64,000 bases of DNA from Neovahlkampfia damariscottae. Lineage: Eukaryota. The notes under the pieces are model-generated. The model had not been told where the DNA came from and ran no database searches. It worked only from the letters and a program-made list of their open reading frames with translations. The translations under genes and the position numbers were made by a program. The stretch lies in the NCBI GenBank assembly GCA_016618085.1, contig JABLTG010000010.1, forward strand, positions 124,001 to 188,000, given 5' to 3'. Position 1 is the stretch's first letter, and each line of letters opens with the position of its first letter. Shown in pieces: positions 62,102 to 64,000 of this stretch.

Positions 62102-64000
62102 TTATTTTTGAATTTCATCTTTTTTCAATATTTCATTTTCTTTTGTTAATTTTTCATTCACTATTTTTAAATCTGAAACTTCATTTTCCAAGAATGAAAT
62201 TCTTTGTTTCAATATTGATATTTCATTTTTATTATCAATATTATCTTTTGTTAAATTCCAAGGACTTACAGGTGAAGGTGTTGTATGTAAATCTTTGTTC
62301 ATTTTATTCATTTTTTGAATAGTTTGTCTGACAGTTCTGAATTTTGATTCATTTCTACCATTCCAATTTGGAGCTTCAGGTGTTAGAAATAAATGAAATG
62401 CTTGATCAAATGATGTTGATAAAATCCATTCATGAGAACATTTTGGTACTTTTTTCAATTCTTTTTTTGATAATTTTGTATCTATTACTTTATCATGACA
62501 TTCAGTACAAAATGTCACAAAACAATTTTTACAAATGTATCTTTCTTTACTTACTAAGTAAAATGATTTAGAAAATTTGAAATATCAAACAGTAAATTGC
62601 ACAGACTCTACAATTTTTAATGTATTTATTACCCCAACGTGCTTTCAAAATTGCTTGATTTTGTGATAAATTTGAGAATTTATAATCGTCCAATAAATCA
62701 CATTTATACAATTCAGAGCAAACTGAATAGTTCCAATTAATACCACCATGAATGTACATGTGATTTTTATAAACAACAGAAACATGTCCCATACGTTTTA
62801 AAGGGTAATCACCTTTCAATTTAATCTCTTTCCAAACTAATAAATCTAAATCAAGTTCATAAAACATGTCATGTGAAAATTTGATTTTATTTCCACCTCT
62901 ATTAATACCTCCAAAAACAATTAATTTATTTTTATACAAGCATGCAGTATGATCCCATCTAGATGTTGGTAAATCACCTTTTGAATCTAATGATTCCCAT
63001 TTCTTCTCTTCAAAATCATAACACCAAAGATAATCATCTTTTTCAATTGCATCATCATCATATTGTCCTCCAAATACAAACATAAAACTTTTATAGACTA
63101 TTGCAGTATGTCCATATCTTGGTGTTGGTCTGTCAATTTGATCTAAAAGTAATAATTTTTCATCAGTAAAGTTATATTGATAAAAATGATCAAAAACTTG
63201 TAAAGTCATTTCTTTATGAAATCCACCAAATATGTACATTGAATCTTCATAAACAACTACACTTGGTGATGCAATACTATGTGAAAAATGTTTTTTAATC
63301 ATTCTCCAAGAGTTCTTTTCAAAATCATATTGATATATATCTGATAAGTATCTATCAGAACAACCACCAACAATATACATTGAATTATTATAATAAACAG
63401 ATTTATGCCACGATCTTCCATGTGGATTTTGTTTATAATTTGAAAATGATTTTGAATTCAAATTCTTCCAATCAATAGCTTCAAAATTGAATTCATAAAT
63501 ATTATTTGTATCAGATTCATAATATCCACCAAAGATAATCATTGATGATTCATGTAAAATACAAGAATGAGAATATACATTTTTAGGAACATAACCAGCA
63601 ATGAATGATAATTTTTTCTTTTCTAAATCTGTTAATAATTGATGAATATCATATGCACTAGGTCTATCCTTTTCTTTAACTGATAATAATAATAATGTTA
63701 ATGTTATCAAATGTGATGAATATTCTTTCTCCATTTCTTTTCTCAGTTCTAAATTTAAATTTTTGTTCTTTACAATATCAACATGAAATAATCTTGTTTT
63801 TTTGGTCATTAAATAATACAATATAGCTCCTAATGAAAATATATCAACTTTTACTCCATATTTTGTATCTGAAAAAATCTCCGGTGCCATAAAATACTAT
63901 TGTGTGAAAATTTTTTTTTTTAATTTTTACAGGTGTTCCGCATATTGTTTTCATGATAGACATTGAAGACATCTTTTTTGATAAACCAAAATCACCAATG
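62102..64000 (-). CDS. Protein kinase + Kelch repeats + ZZ-like zinc finger + coiled coil (5' end outside window)
   Basis: IGDFG, MAPE, DIFSLG; six GG-containing Kelch repeats. The intron at ~62554-62590 joins CRVC to YICKNC..FCTECH. Confidence 0.82.

Overview
AT-rich, very gene-dense eukaryotic nuclear DNA using the standard genetic code, with tiny (about 27-56 nt) GT-AG introns and very short intergenic spacers. A free-living protist is inferred, and a probable p18-like ATP synthase subunit points tentatively to Discoba. I reconstructed about 35 spliced genes by hand. They include housekeeping genes (XPF, USP4/11/15-like, CASP, TRIP12-like HECT, UPF1-like helicase, NSE1, ACH1-type CoA-transferase, P450), two identical tRNA-Leu(TAA) genes, a decayed Ty3/Gypsy element, several pseudogenes and a run of bacterial-type genes (dcd, pepD, a Rossmann-fold oxidoreductase, a giant CPBP protease). 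The most notable candidates are: (1) an extracellular beta-helix fused to a domain resembling gustatory-receptor/7TMIC channels; (2) a secreted prepro-protein with a growth-factor-type cystine knot; (3) a G-alpha/kinase/SAM fusion; (4) a UBA-PUB-calpain-UBA fusion; (5) a CCAAT element next to most start codons. All family assignments come from motif recognition by eye; no searches were run, and splice models and start codons are manual.
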